NCBI RefSeq assembly: GCF_018336915.1
Contig: NZ_CP064923.1
Span: 2,850,001 to 2,882,000, forward strand
Reading direction: 5' to 3'
Length of the DNA stretch: 32,000 bases
Source of the DNA: Acaryochloris marina S15
GTDB lineage: Bacteria; Cyanobacteriota; Cyanobacteriia; Thermosynechococcales; Thermosynechococcaceae
The notes under the pieces were generated by a model that ran no database searches, was not told where the DNA came from, and was given only the letters and a program-made list of their open reading frames with translations. Shown one piece after another: positions 1 through 9,663 of this stretch (position 1 is its first letter; every line of letters begins with the position of its first letter). Both the position numbers and the translations under genes were made by a program.

Positions 1-50
1 AGAGAAATTGAACCAACAACTTACATTGTTCTGTAATCACTAGGATTTCT

Positions 51-1541
51 ATGTGCGGCATCTTAAGCGTTTTTGGCCCTGATTCATCGGCCCAATTCGA
101 TCTTTCATCTATGCTATCGACCATTGTGCATCGAGGGCCAGACGATAAAGGAATCCTCCAAGGCGACAACTGGATGTTGGGACACCAGCGTCTTGCCATC
201 ATGGATGTGGATGGCGGGCACCAACCCATGCAAACGGCAGAGGAAAAACTCTACAGCATTTGTAACGGCGAGATTTACAATTTCCGAGATCTTCAAGATA
301 GCCATTGTCCTTCCTACCCTTTTCAGACTCAGGCGGACAGCGAAGTTCTTCTCCCCTTATTTCAGACCTTTGGCAATGATCTCATCCAACAATTAGATGG
401 GATGTTTAGTTTCGTGGTCAGCGATGGTCAGCAATGGTTAGCAGGCCGGGATCGTATGGGTATTAAACCCCTTTATTACGCTACAGCGGGTGAACATAAA
501 TTCTTTGCCTCGGAAGTAAAAGCATTAGTTCATTGCGCCGAACACATTCAGGAGGTTCCCAGTAGCCACTTCTACCATTCCCAAGCAGGCCTGGTTCCTT
601 ACTACAACCTTCCAAATGTGACGGTGTTTCAGAAAGATCAAGAGGCTATCCAGATCGCCCTTCGTCAAACCCTGTCTAGAAGCGTCCAGAAGCGACTCAT
701 GTCTGATGTTCCTGTTGGTGTTTTCTTGAGTGGGGGACTGGATTCCAGCATTATTGCAGCGTTAATGAAGCAGCATGTGTCTGAATTACACTCATTTTCA
801 GTTGGCTTGCCTAATTCGCCTGATTTGAAGGCTGCTCGTTTAGTCGCTGATCATGTGGGAACCATTCACCATGAATATGTGTATTCCGAAGCAGAAATGC
901 AGGCAGTGCTTGCCGATGTTATCTACTATCTAGAATCTTATGATCCAGCCTTAGTTCGGAGTGCCATCCCCTGCTACATCGTTTCTAAATTGGCTAGCCA
1001 ATATGTCAAAGTTGTCCTTTCTGGAGAGGGGGCTGACGAACTCTTTGCTGGCTATAGCTATCTTGCCGACTACGATGACCCTAGGGCACTGCATCAAGAA
1101 TCGATCTCTATTCTAGAAGGATTACATAACCTGAATTTGCAACGAGTGGACCGCATGACGATGGCCCATAGTTTAGAAGGTCGAGTTCCTTTTCTGGATA
1201 TCGATTTTATTGAGCTATGTCTACAAATTGATCCTCATCTTAAACTTTTCTCGACCTTTGGGATTGAAAAATGGTTGCTACGTAAGACTTTTGAAGATTT
1301 GCTACCCCATGAAATTGTCTGGCGAGAAAAAATGGAATTTGCTCAAGGCTGTGCTTCTTCTGAGGTCTTGGAAAAACACGCTAAAGCAGTGATCACCGAG
1401 CAAGCACTCGCAGAGGCAAAGATACAAGGATTTCCGGTCAATACCCAAGAAGAGCTATTCTATTACGGTATCTTCCACCAGCATTTCCCTCATCCAGACG
1501 CTGCTAAAGTTATGGGACGATGGGAAGGAACTTTGCATTGA
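51..1541 (+). CDS. asnB: Asparagine synthase (glutamine-hydrolysing) family amidotransferase
   Basis: The 496-aa ORF starts MCGIL, giving the N-terminal nucleophile Cys2 of class II glutamine amidotransferases. It has the PP-loop ATP-pyrophosphatase motif SGGLDSS and the asparagine-synthase C-domain block SGEGADELFAGY. At 496 aa it is shorter than E. coli AsnB, so the true substrate is uncertain. Confidence 0.85.
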   Translation: MCGILSVFGPDSSAQFDLSSMLSTIVHRGPDDKGILQGDNWMLGHQRLAIMDVDGGHQPMQTAEEKLYSICNGEIYNFRDLQDSHCPSYPFQTQADSEVLLPLFQTFGNDLIQQLDGMFSFVVSDGQQWLAGRDRMGIKPLYYATAGEHKFFASEVKALVHCAEHIQEVPSSHFYHSQAGLVPYYNLPNVTVFQKDQEAIQIALRQTLSRSVQKRLMSDVPVGVFLSGGLDSSIIAALMKQHVSELHSFSVGLPNSPDLKAARLVADHVGTIHHEYVYSEAEMQAVLADVIYYLESYDPALVRSAIPCYIVSKLASQYVKVVLSGEGADELFAGYSYLADYDDPRALHQESISILEGLHNLNLQRVDRMTMAHSLEGRVPFLDIDFIELCLQIDPHLKLFSTFGIEKWLLRKTFEDLLPHEIVWREKMEFAQGCASSEVLEKHAKAVITEQALAEAKIQGFPVNTQEELFYYGIFHQHFPHPDAAKVMGRWEGTLH

Positions 1542-1623
1542 CCTCAGCAGAAGATATCAAAAAAAGTTGCGAGGTCAAAAGAAGACATAAAGTCAGCTGT
1601 TATCCACTACAAGAGAATACTAG

Positions 1624-2871
1624 ATGCAATCGGTCGGAGAACAAACCTATACCCAAGCAGTTAGAGAAGGTAAGTACGACCTTTACGTCGGTAACTTATT
1701 TGGCAAATACGATAATGTCCGCACCTACTGGGAAGATCAGCTGACCCGTATAGCTCTTCGCCCATGTCTCACCCACCTAGTCGATCGCAAACGCGAAGCT
1801 GGGCAAAAGGTTCGCATTTGCGATCTGGGTTGTGGTGCTGGGCAAGGTTACCAAATCTTGACCAAAATAGATCGCCGTGATCTAGATTTGGGCCTTCAGC
1901 ATCAGCGAGTACTGAATGAAGATGAAATTTCCACCTATTTAGGACTGGATATCAGTCAGGCAATGGTGGAGAAAGGCTCAGTTCTGTTTGCCGACAAGCC
2001 CCAGTTGCAATTTGCCCAAGCAGACTTACGAGAGGGATTGGGCAAGATCAAGCAAGAACAGCCCTTTGATATTTATTTCTCATCCTACGGGTCTCTTTCT
2101 CACTTGGGGCGACAGGATTTAGTGAAGCTGCTAACCGATGTCTGTGAACATGGCCATGACGGTAGCCTCATCGTTCTTGATTTGATTGGGCGTTATTCGA
2201 TTGAATGGCCGGATTTTTGGTCAGCAGAATCAGAGTCAGAAAAAGTACGTCAGTACACGATGAGTTATCTCTACTCGGAAACAGCCCGACAGGAAATTGA
2301 TATTGAAAGTTTTCCACTCCGATTTTGGGCAGGCTCGGAAGTTAAACAATTAGCTGACGAATTGGCTGCTGCAACTGGAACAGGCTTGGAAGTTGTCAAT
2401 ATGATGGATCGCTCAATCCTCGTTGGCCGCCACACCGATACACACGAGTACAACCCCGCTCTCAAGCCTATTCGCCGCCTGATTAATTCCCTCCATGAAG
2501 ACTACTTGCGTACCGACCTGGGAGATTTAATCTTAGATCTCGATGTTCCTGACCACCCTCAAATTACACCTCGGTTGCAACAGTTAATGAAATCTTGGAA
2601 TACTTTAGTAGAGTATTGCCAACATCGGCTTTGCCATAACTTTTGTTTGCCAGAATTGAAAGGATGGAATGACTTTCCAAAACCACTACAGTTTTCATTG
2701 ATGACGATGGATCGCGTGATAGCTGATGTGGGTTGGATGTGGTATGGAGATCCCCGTGCTAATATCATCGAACCGCAATTGGGTTATGCTTTGCGGACCC
2801 TAGAATATGATATGCAACGAGGGAGTGGTTGTGGCCACGGTTTAGTTGCAATTTTGCAGCTTAAAAAATGA
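1624..2871 (+). CDS. Class I SAM-dependent methyltransferase with an uncharacterised C-terminal extension
   Basis: The 415-aa ORF has Rossmann motif I VRICDLGCGAGQG, post-I YLGLDIS and motif II-like FDIYFSSYGSLSHL. The roughly 150 C-terminal residues have no motif I recognise. Confidence 0.75.
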   Translation: MQSVGEQTYTQAVREGKYDLYVGNLFGKYDNVRTYWEDQLTRIALRPCLTHLVDRKREAGQKVRICDLGCGAGQGYQILTKIDRRDLDLGLQHQRVLNEDEISTYLGLDISQAMVEKGSVLFADKPQLQFAQADLREGLGKIKQEQPFDIYFSSYGSLSHLGRQDLVKLLTDVCEHGHDGSLIVLDLIGRYSIEWPDFWSAESESEKVRQYTMSYLYSETARQEIDIESFPLRFWAGSEVKQLADELAAATGTGLEVVNMMDRSILVGRHTDTHEYNPALKPIRRLINSLHEDYLRTDLGDLILDLDVPDHPQITPRLQQLMKSWNTLVEYCQHRLCHNFCLPELKGWNDFPKPLQFSLMTMDRVIADVGWMWYGDPRANIIEPQLGYALRTLEYDMQRGSGCGHGLVAILQLKK

Positions 2872-2914
2872 TTTCTGCGATGAGATCAACGTAATCTGCA
2901 AGGAGAATCATAGG

Positions 2915-2947
2915 GATACAACACTTTCTATTCGGGAGTGTTGTATC
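2915..2947. terminator. Perfect 10-bp stem-loop downstream of the methyltransferase gene (candidate terminator or RNA element)
   Basis: GATACAACAC (2915-2924) pairs perfectly with GTGTTGTATC (2938-2947) around a 13-nt loop. It lies 44 nt after the stop at 2871. No U-tract follows, so the terminator call is weak. Confidence 0.3.
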
Positions 2948-3083
2948 TGTAGTCAAAACCATTGATATATCTGGAGCAAAAGTACTTAGAGGTGAGATAG
3001 AAGACAAGTCTAGTAGGGGTAAGGGTTGAGGAAGAATTTTTTGAGTCAGAACTCCCTTCTGATGCACTGTTCAAAAGCTAAAA

Positions 3084-5048
3084 TTGGCGATTGGAACTCA
3101 ATTGATGGACTTTGAATCCTTCTCTACTTTTCTTGAACACTTACACCACCACTATCAACCCTGTAAACAGGGGGTTGTTGCTTCTTACATTCCAGAGCTG
3201 GCACAGGCAAATCCTGATTGGTTTGGGATTGTTGCTGTCGGTGTAGATGGGCAGCAGTGTCACCTAGGCGACAGCCTACAGCCATTTACAATTCAGTCCA
3301 TTTCCAAACCCTTTGTATATGGTTTGGCCTTAGAAGACTGGGGGGAAGAATATGTTCTCAGCCGTATTGGCGTAGAGCCAACGGGAGATCCGTTCAATTC
3401 TCTGATTGAAGCCGAAGAAATTTCTCGGCGTCAGTATAATCCGCTCGTGAATGCTGGGGCAATCGTTACCACGAGCATGATTGATGGGGACAGTTTGGAT
3501 GAACGATCTAGACGCTTGTTTGAGTTGTTTCATACCTTTATCGGGCGAGAGATCAATATTGATACCGCGGCCTTCCATTCCAAGAGCAGCCAAGATCATC
3601 TGAATCAAGCCCTGGCTCATATGATGTTTAATTTTGGCTTGATTGAGGGGGATATGGCTGAAATCCTCCATCTCTATTTCCAGCAGTGTTCGCTTTTGGT
3701 GACTTGCCAGGATTTAGCCGTGATGGCAGCGACGCTAGCAAACGGTGGTATCAACCCTTTGACGGGAGAGCAAGCTCTTGACCCCCGCTATGTCCAGCAT
3801 GTCCTGAGTATTATGTATACCTGTGGGCTATATGAATTTTCTGGACAGTGGGCTTATAAAGTAGGAATTCCAGCTAAGAGTAGCTTGTCTGGGGCAATTA
3901 TCGGTGTAATCCCTCAGAAAATGGGGATTGCTATTTTCTCTCCACCTTTAGGAAGCCATAGGAAAAGCTGGCGGGGTGTTAAGGTCTTTGAGGAGATTTC
4001 CCAAAAATTTCAACTCCATATGTTCGAAACAGGTGTTCGAAAAACACCAGATGCACGGGTAAAACCCGAGAGTTCTTCTTCGTCTTTCCTAGTCGGCTCT
4101 GCTTCAGAGATAGACATTATTGGAGAAGAAGCATGGAAAGAGTGTTTACAAGAGCTATACGAACAGTTTCTGCCTGATCGGGAGGGAACGATTTACACTA
4201 GCGAACCGGACTTGATGCAACACCATCACGATTCCTTTGCCATTAGTGTAGCAACGGTGTCAGGCCAGGTTTATTCCGTTGGAGATTGGCAGGTTCCTTT
4301 TTTAATTCAATCGATTTCCAAAATCTTTGCCTATGGCTTGGCTTTGGAAGACTGGGGACGGGATGCTGTTCTTGAGAAAGTAGATGTGGAGCCGACCGGA
4401 GATGCCTATGATTCGATTATTAAACTAAAAAGCAAAACTAAGCGACCCTACAATCCGATGATCAATGCCGGGGCCATTGCCACGACTAGTTTAATTAAAG
4501 GCAAGGGACCTGCGACTCGCCTGAATCGCCTGTTGGAGATGTATCGTCGTTACGTTGGCCACCAGGTGTTTGTCGATACGCCAACCTTCATCTCCGAACG
4601 GATGAACGGAGATCGCAACTGGGCTATTTCCTATCTATTACGTAATTTTGGCATGATTGATGGAGATATCAGCCAAATTCTTGACCTCTATCTTCAACAA
4701 TGTTCGGTGCTACTCAACTGTCGCGATTTGGCTGTAATGGGGGCTACGCTGGCGAATAATGGCACTCATCCCATCACTGGGGAAAAAGCGATTCAGCCTG
4801 ACTATGTACGTGATCTTCTCAGTGTTATGTATAGCTGTGGCATGTATGATTTTGCTGGTGAGTGGGTCTATCAAGTCGGATTCCCTGCCAAGAGCGGTGT
4901 GGGCGGTGGCATTATTGGGGTGGTTCCTGGGAAATTGGGTATTGCTGTTTTCTCACCTCCTCTGGATGAGCGAGGAAATAGTATTCGAGGTATTAAAGTT
5001 TGCGAAGAACTGGCGCGCCGTTTTCAGTTGCATATTCTCGGTAAATAG
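3084..5048 (+). CDS. glsA: Tandem (double-domain) glutaminase
   Basis: The 654-aa ORF holds two complete serine-glutaminase domains. Paired motifs are [14 protein letters not shown] / [14 protein letters not shown] (S-x-x-K), [10 protein letters not shown] / [22 protein letters not shown] / [12 protein letters not shown] and [10 protein letters not shown] / [11 protein letters not shown] Ser-rich linker (KPESSSSSF) joins them. The ORF-track start at 3084 is TTG; an in-frame ATG lies at 3105. Confidence 0.85.
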   Translation: MAIGTQLMDFESFSTFLEHLHHHYQPCKQGVVASYIPELAQANPDWFGIVAVGVDGQQCHLGDSLQPFTIQSISKPFVYGLALEDWGEEYVLSRIGVEPTGDPFNSLIEAEEISRRQYNPLVNAGAIVTTSMIDGDSLDERSRRLFELFHTFIGREINIDTAAFHSKSSQDHLNQALAHMMFNFGLIEGDMAEILHLYFQQCSLLVTCQDLAVMAATLANGGINPLTGEQALDPRYVQHVLSIMYTCGLYEFSGQWAYKVGIPAKSSLSGAIIGVIPQKMGIAIFSPPLGSHRKSWRGVKVFEEISQKFQLHMFETGVRKTPDARVKPESSSSSFLVGSASEIDIIGEEAWKECLQELYEQFLPDREGTIYTSEPDLMQHHHDSFAISVATVSGQVYSVGDWQVPFLIQSISKIFAYGLALEDWGRDAVLEKVDVEPTGDAYDSIIKLKSKTKRPYNPMINAGAIATTSLIKGKGPATRLNRLLEMYRRYVGHQVFVDTPTFISERMNGDRNWAISYLLRNFGMIDGDISQILDLYLQQCSVLLNCRDLAVMGATLANNGTHPITGEKAIQPDYVRDLLSVMYSCGMYDFAGEWVYQVGFPAKSGVGGGIIGVVPGKLGIAVFSPPLDERGNSIRGIKVCEELARRFQLHILGK

Positions 5049-5235
5049 AAGTGACCGCTGCCGTTGCTGGCAAATTGGGTAATAGTTCCCGTTGAATGTA
5101 GTATTTTGCCCTCGGACCGATATTATCGAACTACAATTGGTCTACCCTTTATTGACCCTAGAATATATCAAACAATAAAGGGGTGGGTAAGGGTCGGAGA
5201 GCATCGAAGCCAAGTAATAATGCTGAGAATACACA

Positions 5236-6213
5236 ATGATTGAAGTCCTCGAACTAACCAAGTACTACAACAACGTTTCGGCCGTGAATGCGATCTCGTT
5301 CCGGGTTGCCGAAGGGGAAACGTTGGGCTTGATTGGCACGAGTGGTTGTGGCAAGACAACGACATTAAAGATGCTCAACCGCCTAGTTAAACCAACCTCT
5401 GGGCGTATTGCGATTGGTGGTAAGGACATCCGCCAGTCGCCGCCAGAACAGTTGCGTCAACATATTGGCTATGTAATTCAGAACATCGGCCTCTTCCCCC
5501 ACTACACCGTTGCTGACAATATTGCCGTGGTACCTCGCTTGTTGCGATGGAAGGAAAAACGGATTGGTCAACGGGCCGCAGAATTACTGGAAATGGTCGG
5601 ACTGCCTCCCGATCAGTTTGCTCAGCGCTATCCCCATGAACTTAGTGGAGGCCAGCAACAGCGGGTGGGTCTGGCCCGAGCCTTAGCTGCCAATCCTCCA
5701 GTCGTTCTCCTGGACGAACCTTTTGGGGCCCTAGATCAAATCACTCGCCGCCAGATCCAGCAGGAGTTCAAGAGTCTGGGGAGCTTGTTGCAGAAAACGA
5801 TGGTTCTTGTCACCCATGATGTTTTTGAAGCCATCACCCTATGCGATCGCATTTGCCTGATGGACCAGGGTGAAATTCAACAGATTGGCACCCCAAAGGA
5901 TCTAATCTTTGCCGGACTCAATGATTTTGTACGTGATTTCTTTCAAACCAATCGCTTTCAGTTGGAATTGCAAGTGACACGGTTACAGGACCTACTCCCT
6001 TGGCTACCCCATAGCGAAGATAGAGAAAGCCAAGTGGAAGTTTATCAAACGAGTCAAAGTTTACTAGAGGTACTAGAAATTGCAGGAGCCTCTGCAGCAA
6101 AGGCTTCTCGAATTGTGATGATTGATCCTGACAACCAGTCTCGGCAAATAACAAGTTGTGAGGATCTCTTACTAGCGTTCTATCAGTACAAAAAAACATT
6201 TCAAGTAGTCTGA
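5236..6213 (+). CDS. ABC transporter ATP-binding protein, osmoprotectant (OpuC/ProV-like) importer type
   Basis: Walker [13 protein letters not shown] signature LSGGQQQRV, Walker [13 protein letters not shown] and H-loop VTHD. It lies 95 nt upstream of the matching permease gene. Confidence 0.85.
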   Translation: MIEVLELTKYYNNVSAVNAISFRVAEGETLGLIGTSGCGKTTTLKMLNRLVKPTSGRIAIGGKDIRQSPPEQLRQHIGYVIQNIGLFPHYTVADNIAVVPRLLRWKEKRIGQRAAELLEMVGLPPDQFAQRYPHELSGGQQQRVGLARALAANPPVVLLDEPFGALDQITRRQIQQEFKSLGSLLQKTMVLVTHDVFEAITLCDRICLMDQGEIQQIGTPKDLIFAGLNDFVRDFFQTNRFQLELQVTRLQDLLPWLPHSEDRESQVEVYQTSQSLLEVLEIAGASAAKASRIVMIDPDNQSRQITSCEDLLLAFYQYKKTFQVV

Positions 6214-6308
6214 GTCGATCTCAGGCTTGAAATGGTATCGATTGCTACTCAGTCCCGTAAACTGGTCAGCAAGTTTCCTAGATAAACCCTGCTTTTTTCC
6301 GAATTGAT

Positions 6309-7865
6309 ATGCAGCTTTGGCAATTTTTCATCAGTCACCAACAGGAGATTCTCCAACAAACTCTCACTCATTTAGTGTTGGCGGCCATTTCGACCACTAT
6401 AGCTATTCTGATTGGGGTGAGTACAGGTTTAATCTTGACTCGCTATCCAAAAGCAGCGAATCAAGTGATTGGTGTTGTCAGCGTTATCCAAACTATTCCC
6501 AGTGTGGCCTTGTTGGGTTTTCTTTTGCCCCTATTAGGGATTGGCTCTACGCCTGCCATTGTCGCTCTATTCTTATATGCTCTGCTTCCGATTCTTCGCA
6601 ATACCTATACGGGGATTGAGGAGGTGGATAGTTCGGTGACAGAGGCAGCTAAAGGTATGGGTATGCCGAACCGACAAATTTTGTTGAAGGTAGAATTGCC
6701 CCTCGCTATGCCCGTCATTTTTGCTGGGATTCGAACGGCAACAGTGGCAACAGTAGGCATTGCCACGCTCTCTGCTCTGATTGGTTCTGGGGGATTAGGA
6801 ACCTTTATCTTTCGGGGAATTGCCCTCAACAACGTAGACATGATTTTGGCAGGGGCTATTCCTGCTGCGGCCTTGGCCATACTGTTGGATTTCGGTTTGG
6901 GTCTTCTACAGCCCAGGGTTTTACGATTACTCAAACCTATCTTGGTGAGTGTCACCATTGTTTTCCTGTTGTTGCTGTCCCAAATCGTTTTTTCAAGCCT
7001 GCGTCCTCAACCTCTCAAGGCAGGGTTTACCTCTGAATTTGTAGAACGTGCAGATGGTTATCCAGGTTTGCAACAGCACTATGATCTGAGCTTAGACTCG
7101 GTCGAACTTGATCCGGGTCTCATGTATGAAGCCATTCGGGAGAAAAAGGTAGATGTCGTCAGTGGCTTTACGACGGATGGCAGAATTGATGCGTATAATC
7201 TCACTGTCTTGGAAGATGACCAACAGTATTTTCCGCCCTACTATGCTGCGCCCCTAGTGCGGGGGGCAACCTTACGGAAGTATCCCCAATTGCAGCCTGC
7301 GTTAGCAAAATTAGCCGAAGCCTTGTCGGATGAAACGATGATCAAATTAAATGATCGGGTTGATCGGCTCAAGGAACCCTCTCAAAAAGTGGTACAGGAT
7401 TTTCTCAAACAGTCAGGTTTCAAAACAACGATAGATCGCCAGGGAAAACCAGATATTGTCATTGGGTCTAAGAATTTTACTGAACAATATCTTCTAGCAG
7501 AAATGATGGGTATTGTAATTGAAAATTCAACTGACCTTGATGTGGAATTAAAAACTGGGTTAGCAGGTACAAAAATCTGTTTTGATGCTCTCAAGAAGGG
7601 CGCGATTGATCTTTATCCTGAGTATACTGGAACTGGTTTGTTGGTCATTTTACAAGCAGACGAAACAACCCTCAAAAACATGGGGCAAGATCGAGAAGAA
7701 GTATTCAAGTATGTTCAGAAGGTATCAAAAGAACGCCATGATGTAGAGTGGCTGGCGTCTTTCGGATTTAATAATAGTTATGCTTTAATGATGCGTACTG
7801 AAGATACTAAGAAACTGAATATTACATCTATCTCGGATTTAAAGCGCCATCTCGAATCACTTTAG
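6309..7865 (+). CDS. ABC osmoprotectant transporter, fused permease plus substrate-binding domain
   Basis: The N-terminal ~210 aa is polytopic and carries the permease EAA loop (EAAKGMGMPNRQILLKVELPLAMPVIFAGIRTA). After a further hydrophobic helix, the C-terminal ~290 aa resembles OpuAC/OpuCC glycine betaine/choline-binding proteins (YPEYTGTGL block). Confidence 0.85.
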   Translation: MQLWQFFISHQQEILQQTLTHLVLAAISTTIAILIGVSTGLILTRYPKAANQVIGVVSVIQTIPSVALLGFLLPLLGIGSTPAIVALFLYALLPILRNTYTGIEEVDSSVTEAAKGMGMPNRQILLKVELPLAMPVIFAGIRTATVATVGIATLSALIGSGGLGTFIFRGIALNNVDMILAGAIPAAALAILLDFGLGLLQPRVLRLLKPILVSVTIVFLLLLSQIVFSSLRPQPLKAGFTSEFVERADGYPGLQQHYDLSLDSVELDPGLMYEAIREKKVDVVSGFTTDGRIDAYNLTVLEDDQQYFPPYYAAPLVRGATLRKYPQLQPALAKLAEALSDETMIKLNDRVDRLKEPSQKVVQDFLKQSGFKTTIDRQGKPDIVIGSKNFTEQYLLAEMMGIVIENSTDLDVELKTGLAGTKICFDALKKGAIDLYPEYTGTGLLVILQADETTLKNMGQDREEVFKYVQKVSKERHDVEWLASFGFNNSYALMMRTEDTKKLNITSISDLKRHLESL

Positions 7866-8061
7866 TACCTTTCGGTGTTCGTAAATCGCAAATTGAGTCA
7901 TCATTTTGCCAAAAGTTGGCTCATGTGTAGCTAGATGTTGCCTGGAAACTGATTTCGGGTTTTTATCCAGTTAACCTGAAATATTGGCCATTAAATCTAA
8001 TATGAATAGTTGCTTAACGGGTGACAAGGTCGTCCAAGGCTTTGTACAGGACCACAAGGAA

Positions 8062-8090
8062 CCCCTGAAGTACCGCAGTAGATTCAGGGG
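8062..8090. terminator. GC-rich 8-bp hairpin in the convergent intergenic region (candidate terminator)
   Basis: CCCCTGAA (8062-8069) pairs with TTCAGGGG (8083-8090) around a 13-nt loop. It sits between the convergent 3' ends of the ABC permease gene (7865) and the 462-aa gene (8275). Flanking T content is modest. Confidence 0.25.
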
Positions 8091-8274
8091 TGTGAGCTGT
8101 TTATCTTAGCTAATAGGTAGATGAAGTTAACCCAATAACTCCATCACAAACCTATCACTCAAATCTAAAAAAATCAGGAAGATGAATAGCCAGAGTGAAT
8201 ATTATTCTGAGGTTCTATAGAGTATTGAATCTATCAAATTACATACTGAACTTCAGCTTGCTCGAAGCTACTAC

Positions 8275-9663
8275 TTAATTATTTGTAATTGGAAAATCTT
8301 CCTGAGAATAGTGGTTGCTAACATATTGCATGGCTGATTGTAATGATTTTATATGCCAAGGTATAAATACAGCATGAATCTTGTCAGAACCTAACCTAGT
8401 TTTTCTCAAAATATAGGTCTCTTTAGGGCCTGAGTTTTCGATCTTAAAAAGAGTGTAATTATTTTGAGTATCTACCTCGAAGAGAGAGAGTTCTTGGCAT
8501 AAACGTACCGCTCCAATTGTCTGCATTAGAACTTTTTTTAAGTTTGTGTTTTTTTCATCTAAAATCCATTGAGCTTGCCATTGATTAGGATGGATATTTC
8601 CGTAATGTTTTGGTAGAGGTGTCCCATGATGGGCATATATTGTAAATCCATCTGCAAATTGAAGTGCAGGTTCACCCTCACCATGAAGCTGATTAGCTTC
8701 ATCCAGAAGGATCTTTGTCGGGCGATCGCAAACGATACAGACATTATCCATCGCAAAAATCCATCCGCAGTGATTTGCAAGAACTTGTAAAGCAGCCCAT
8801 TTTTTGGATAAATGTGGATAATTTAGAACCGAAATAGCAAAATCGAGCCAAGAACAATTAAATCCTAGGTCTGAGGTAATGGTAAGAGGGTTCTCTAAAA
8901 CAATTTTTTGCTCTTCGGACGATAAAGAACAAAGAAAAGCCTCTTGTAATTGCGGATGTTCTATTCCAGAGATTTTTGCTATCAGGGTCCCCTGCAGCAT
9001 CTTTACAAGCCAAGATCGAAAGAGGAATTTTTTCCCTGGTAACCAGGCTAGCTGGGTCTCGACAGCGGCAGCTGTCACACTGAATGACTGCTGCCAATTT
9101 TCCGGCTGCAGTCCTTGAAGATTTTTTGAGAGGCTGGGGTCTCCTCCAAGAGCCATTTGCTTACCTAAGGCATCAAACAGTGGCGAAGAACCTAGAAATG
9201 CCTGTTCCACAATATCTTGTGTAGTTAAGTCTTTAGGCAGTTTATTTTTAATATGATTTTTGAGTTGATTTGTTGGTTTCTTAGAAACTTCAGTTAGTAA
9301 CTCTAGAATTGGCCCAGTGCCTGACTGTTTCTGTTTTCGGTTGAGTTGAATAATGTGACATGCTGTCTTGAGGAAAAACCATAAGAAGTTTTTTCTGATA
9401 TCTTCTTGTGAGAATCCAACATTCTTTTGAGAGGTTTCTTCATTGGATGTAAATGCTTGAATTTTCTCTAGTGCTGATTTAGGGCTAGTACAGAAGATGA
9501 CCTCAGGTTCTTGCTGACCCATGACAGCGTAAGCACCTTTGACTGCAGCTTTTGCTCGAATTTTCTCAATGGGTTGTGTCGACAAGCAAATTTTTTTCCA
9601 TTTTTTTTTGTATGTGTCAATCAAAAATTCTTGTTCAAGCGTCAAAAACTGTATTTGGGACAT
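8275..9663 (-). CDS. Hypothetical protein (my recollection: resembles the multi-copy cyanobacterial DUF6745-type family)
   Basis: A long uninterrupted 462-aa ORF in a visibly AT-richer segment (T-runs at 9591-9609). The N-terminus is LTLEQEFLIDTYKKKWKKICLSTQPIEKIRAKAAVKGAY. The C-terminal block is NVCIVCDRPTKILLDE...LHGEGEPALQFADGFTIYAHHGTPLP. Both match a conserved hypothetical family I remember only loosely, and its function is unknown. Confidence 0.6.
   Translation of the reverse strand: MSQIQFLTLEQEFLIDTYKKKWKKICLSTQPIEKIRAKAAVKGAYAVMGQQEPEVIFCTSPKSALEKIQAFTSNEETSQKNVGFSQEDIRKNFLWFFLKTACHIIQLNRKQKQSGTGPILELLTEVSKKPTNQLKNHIKNKLPKDLTTQDIVEQAFLGSSPLFDALGKQMALGGDPSLSKNLQGLQPENWQQSFSVTAAAVETQLAWLPGKKFLFRSWLVKMLQGTLIAKISGIEHPQLQEAFLCSLSSEEQKIVLENPLTITSDLGFNCSWLDFAISVLNYPHLSKKWAALQVLANHCGWIFAMDNVCIVCDRPTKILLDEANQLHGEGEPALQFADGFTIYAHHGTPLPKHYGNIHPNQWQAQWILDEKNTNLKKVLMQTIGAVRLCQELSLFEVDTQNNYTLFKIENSGPKETYILRKTRLGSDKIHAVFIPWHIKSLQSAMQYVSNHYSQEDFPITNN

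Noticed and set aside
2872-3083. A glutamine riboswitch or other known leader upstream of the glutaminase gene
   Set aside because: I looked for the glnA-RNA-like conserved core and could not identify it by eye. Only the generic hairpin at 2915-2947 is present. A covariance-model scan would be needed to settle this.
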